Assembly: GCA_038087875.1 (NCBI GenBank)
Contig: CM075990.1
Span: 372,001 to 436,000, forward strand
Length of the DNA: 64,000 nucleotides
Direction of reading: 5' to 3'
Origin: Malacoraja senta
Lineage: Eukaryota
Shown: one piece after another, positions 61,116-64,000 of the stretch
Numbering within the stretch: the first letter of the stretch is position 1
Layout of the letters: every line of letters starts with the position of its first letter
Program-made: the position numbers and the translations under genes
The notes under the pieces: generated by a model
What the model was told of the DNA's origin: nothing
What the model saw: only the letters and a program-made list of their open reading frames with translations
The model's database searches: none

Positions 61116-64000
61116 ATTTTACTTCGGAGTCACGTGAGTGACTTCGTGAGGAAGGCAGTCAGCCCGCATGCGCATCATTACATCTAACGCATTGCGCAAC
61201 GACTGACTGGCAGGCGCGTTGCTCCTTCCAGCGGTAAGTTTACACCTGCAGGTAAGTTTTAAACTTATTTCCAGGTTCTGTTTTTTGTCTGGCAGGAAGC
61301 TCTGTTACACAGTTTTCCTGCTGGATACAATTTTGGGGCGAAGTCCGCACGGGCCGCGGGGAAACCAGTTATGGACCGTGGGGAGATCCCGGTCCGGACT
61401 GCGGAAGCGCGGGTAGCTGGCGGCCGTCGGGTTCGCTACCTAAGTCGCTGACAATGGGGTCAGCGGCTCCCAGACCGCTGTGGTTCCCCAGAAAGGGGGT
61501 AAAGCCAAGAGTAAGTCGGTCTCGCCACCCGAGTCGCTGACAGTGTGGTCAGCGGGTCCCAGACCGCTATGGCTCCCCAGAAAGGGGGTAAAACCAAGAA
61601 TAAGTCGGTCAGGCCTATGGACTCGGACGAGTCAGGTCAGGAGGCTTCCCCTCCGACATACCTGGGTACGTCCTCGGATGTTTAACCCACATGGAGCATG
61701 GATAGCGCCTTCGGGCGTTTATCCCACTAATGTGATGCTCCTGATATAGGTCCGTAGGAGGGGCCATATCAGCGCAGGTATCCCCAGGGGCCTGCGGCAA
61801 CACCTGTTTTCAGGGCTGCCAATGAATCTTCCTCTCTGTGGAGGGGAGTGCGAGTGGTCAGTGTGTAACTGACTTCAAATTCGAAAGTATGTCCGTGGAA
61901 CATACTGGAGCACATGCATATGGCTTCAAGGAAATACTCGCAAACGAAGGGATTGCTGCCGGAAGAGTTGGTTCCAGCCGTTAGCAGAAAACCCGGAAGG
62001 GGCCACAGTTCCCCTCACGCTACAAGTGCTGGCAGTGAACAGTGCTATCAGGGGTGACATTGGAGGGGGCATGAAATCCAGAGAAATGAAACCAGCTGCT
62101 GAATCTTCTCTTCAGGTAAGACTTATCCAACAGGTAATACCTGGATGAGGAAGCATAAGCTGTCAGACTAATCAAGGTACCGACGACGACACACCCCACA
62201 CCTTCATCGGCAGTAAGCAGTTCACTGAAGCTGGTGGCAGCTTGAAAGCTGGGCAGAGGTCTTTCAGATCAAGGTCCAAGCCGGTCTCAGGAAAAATATG
62301 GAATCCACGCACCCTACCAGTCCTACTCTCCAATCAAGGAAGGAAATATAACCTGCATCAGGGGCCTTTGGGCTTACCATAAGACCACAGTTAACCATGG
62401 AGGTAGGTGGGTCTGGTTCTTGCGAAACATGGGGTATGTGGACCATTTACAAGTTGGTAATATTTACACTTGTTTTATGTACAAATGACAATGATAACAT
62501 GAGATTCAGATCCGTTTATAAACTAAAATGCTAACATGTGATTGGTTTATTCTACACAGTATACAAGGGTTCCAAGCATGGCTTGGAATTGGGGCCAGAG
62601 TTGTCTTTCGAGGTAGGCTCAATATTACGGCCAGGATTGCCTTCCGAGACAAGCTCGGAAATATGGCCAGAGTTGTCTTTCATGGCAGGCTCAGAATTAT
62701 GGCCAGAGTTGTCTTTCAAGGCAGGCCCAGTATTATGGCCAGGATTGCCTTTCAAGACAGGCTCAGAAATAAGGCCAGAGTTGTCTTTCGAGGCAGGCTC
62801 AGAATTATGGCCAGAGTTGTCTTTCGAGGCAGGCTCAGTATTATGGCCAGGATTACCTTTCGAGACAGGTTCGGGAACCTGGGCAGAGTTGTCGTTCAAG
62901 GCAGGCACGGAATTATGGCAGGCCTGGCCTGTTCATTGTGAAAGATGGAGGATGTCGGTTCATCCTTGATTTAACTCGCATGTGCAATATAGACTTTTCA
63001 GGATATGGAACTCCGTTACTGTCTAACAACTGATTTTCATAGGATCTTTATTGCATGCATCGATCTCAAAGATGCATACTATTCAGGTCCCATTCACAGG
63101 GATCACCTGAGACATTTGAAATTTATCTGGATGGGGCAATGCTAACAATTAATGCGTTGCAATATGGGCTAACTTCAGCTCCCAGGTAATTTACCAAATT
63201 ACTAAACCAGTGCTTGGACTGCTCAGAGCTCAAAAACACTTGTTATGGCTTAACTGGATGATATTCTAAACGCTGTATTTTGCTAAAATCAACTGTTTCA
63301 GCCACAAACTATATTTGAGAAATTGAGGTTCCTCATCCATCCAGTTAAATTTTTGTTGATACCAACTAGAGTTATTGATTATTCGGATTTACCTTTAACT
63401 ATTAATTTGTCTGTGACTCCGCCCTGGGGCAAGAGATTGGAATTAATAGAACCCTGTAACAACCTTGTTGTTATGAAGCAACCTTCTATTCATCAAGTGT
63501 AATTGGCAATATAGTAGCTGTGTTTCAGCTGTGCAAATTGGGTCTTTGCCTTATCAGAACTTACAATGTGCAATGTAGTAACCTCTCAAGTGCCACGTAG
63601 GTCATTGTTAACAGACCTATGCTATTACCAGCTGAAGCTACCAAAGTCACAATGGTGGACGAACAGTATTCAGCATTGCTCCAGTAGTTTTTGGTCAGTA
63701 AATCTTCAGTTATTTTACAAACTGATGCTAGTGCTCAAAGATGGAAAATTACGAATGCCATCTCTAGTTACGGAGGCGGATGGGATTTGCATGAGTTACC
63801 AATTCTTCAGTTATTGGTATCAACTACCTATAGACACTAGGTGCATTCTATGGGTTAAAGGGTTGTTGTGCGAATATGCATAATCTGCATGCTCAATTCC
63901 AAGTTGATACACTGTGGTGGTGGCATATGTTAGTCACATGGGTGCAATCAAGTCAAAGTATCCTGTCATAATTTACCTAACCTCATATGGCGCTGGTGTA
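61116..64000 (+). mobile_element. DIRS1-type retrotransposon, copy 3 (old, runs off the window)
   Basis: Same left terminus ATTTTACTTCGGAGTCACGTGAGTGACT; remnants of KDGGCR, IDLKDAYY, LDDIL and QTDASAQ. Confidence 0.85.
62593..62916. repeat. 36-bp tandem repeat, 9 copies, with 108-bp higher-order pattern
   Basis: Unit GGCCAGAGTTGTCTTTCGAGGCAGGCTCAGAATTAT; variants ordered A-B-A-A-B-A-A-B-A. Confidence 0.93.

Noticed and set aside
62593..62916. CRISPR-like array (36-bp period)
   Set aside because: Units are contiguous with no unique spacers, there are no cas genes and the context is eukaryotic.

Overview
Eukaryotic, repeat-saturated vertebrate DNA. The repertoire (HE1-like V-SINEs with CR1-type tails, many CR1 LINEs, Rex1/Babar LINEs, Penelope-like fragments) suggests a cartilaginous fish such as a skate or ray; this is inference. 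No host protein-coding gene is recognisable, although five short + strand segments have good splice signals. The centre (about 21.9-42.4 kb) is a nest of elements whose insertion order can be read from target-site duplications (TSDs): an L1-clade LINE split by a Harbinger-type MITE, a Penelope-like fragment, a near-complete Ty3/Gypsy element, two DIRS tyrosine-recombinase retroelements and an aberrant Gypsy fragment. Also present are two non-autonomous Helitrons, a nearly intact CR1 ORF2 and a third DIRS. The two most interesting observations are: (1) a 145-nt TSD-flanked retroposon at 14234-14378 (-) whose first base is the predicted cleavage site of a minimal HDV-like ribozyme, followed by a hairpin and a (GAA)n tail; (2) an LTR followed by 35-40 nt of mature tRNA-Leu sequence fused to integrase, which looks like a fossil of aberrant reverse transcription. 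Boundaries of degenerate repeats are approximate and family names come from motif recognition, not database searches.
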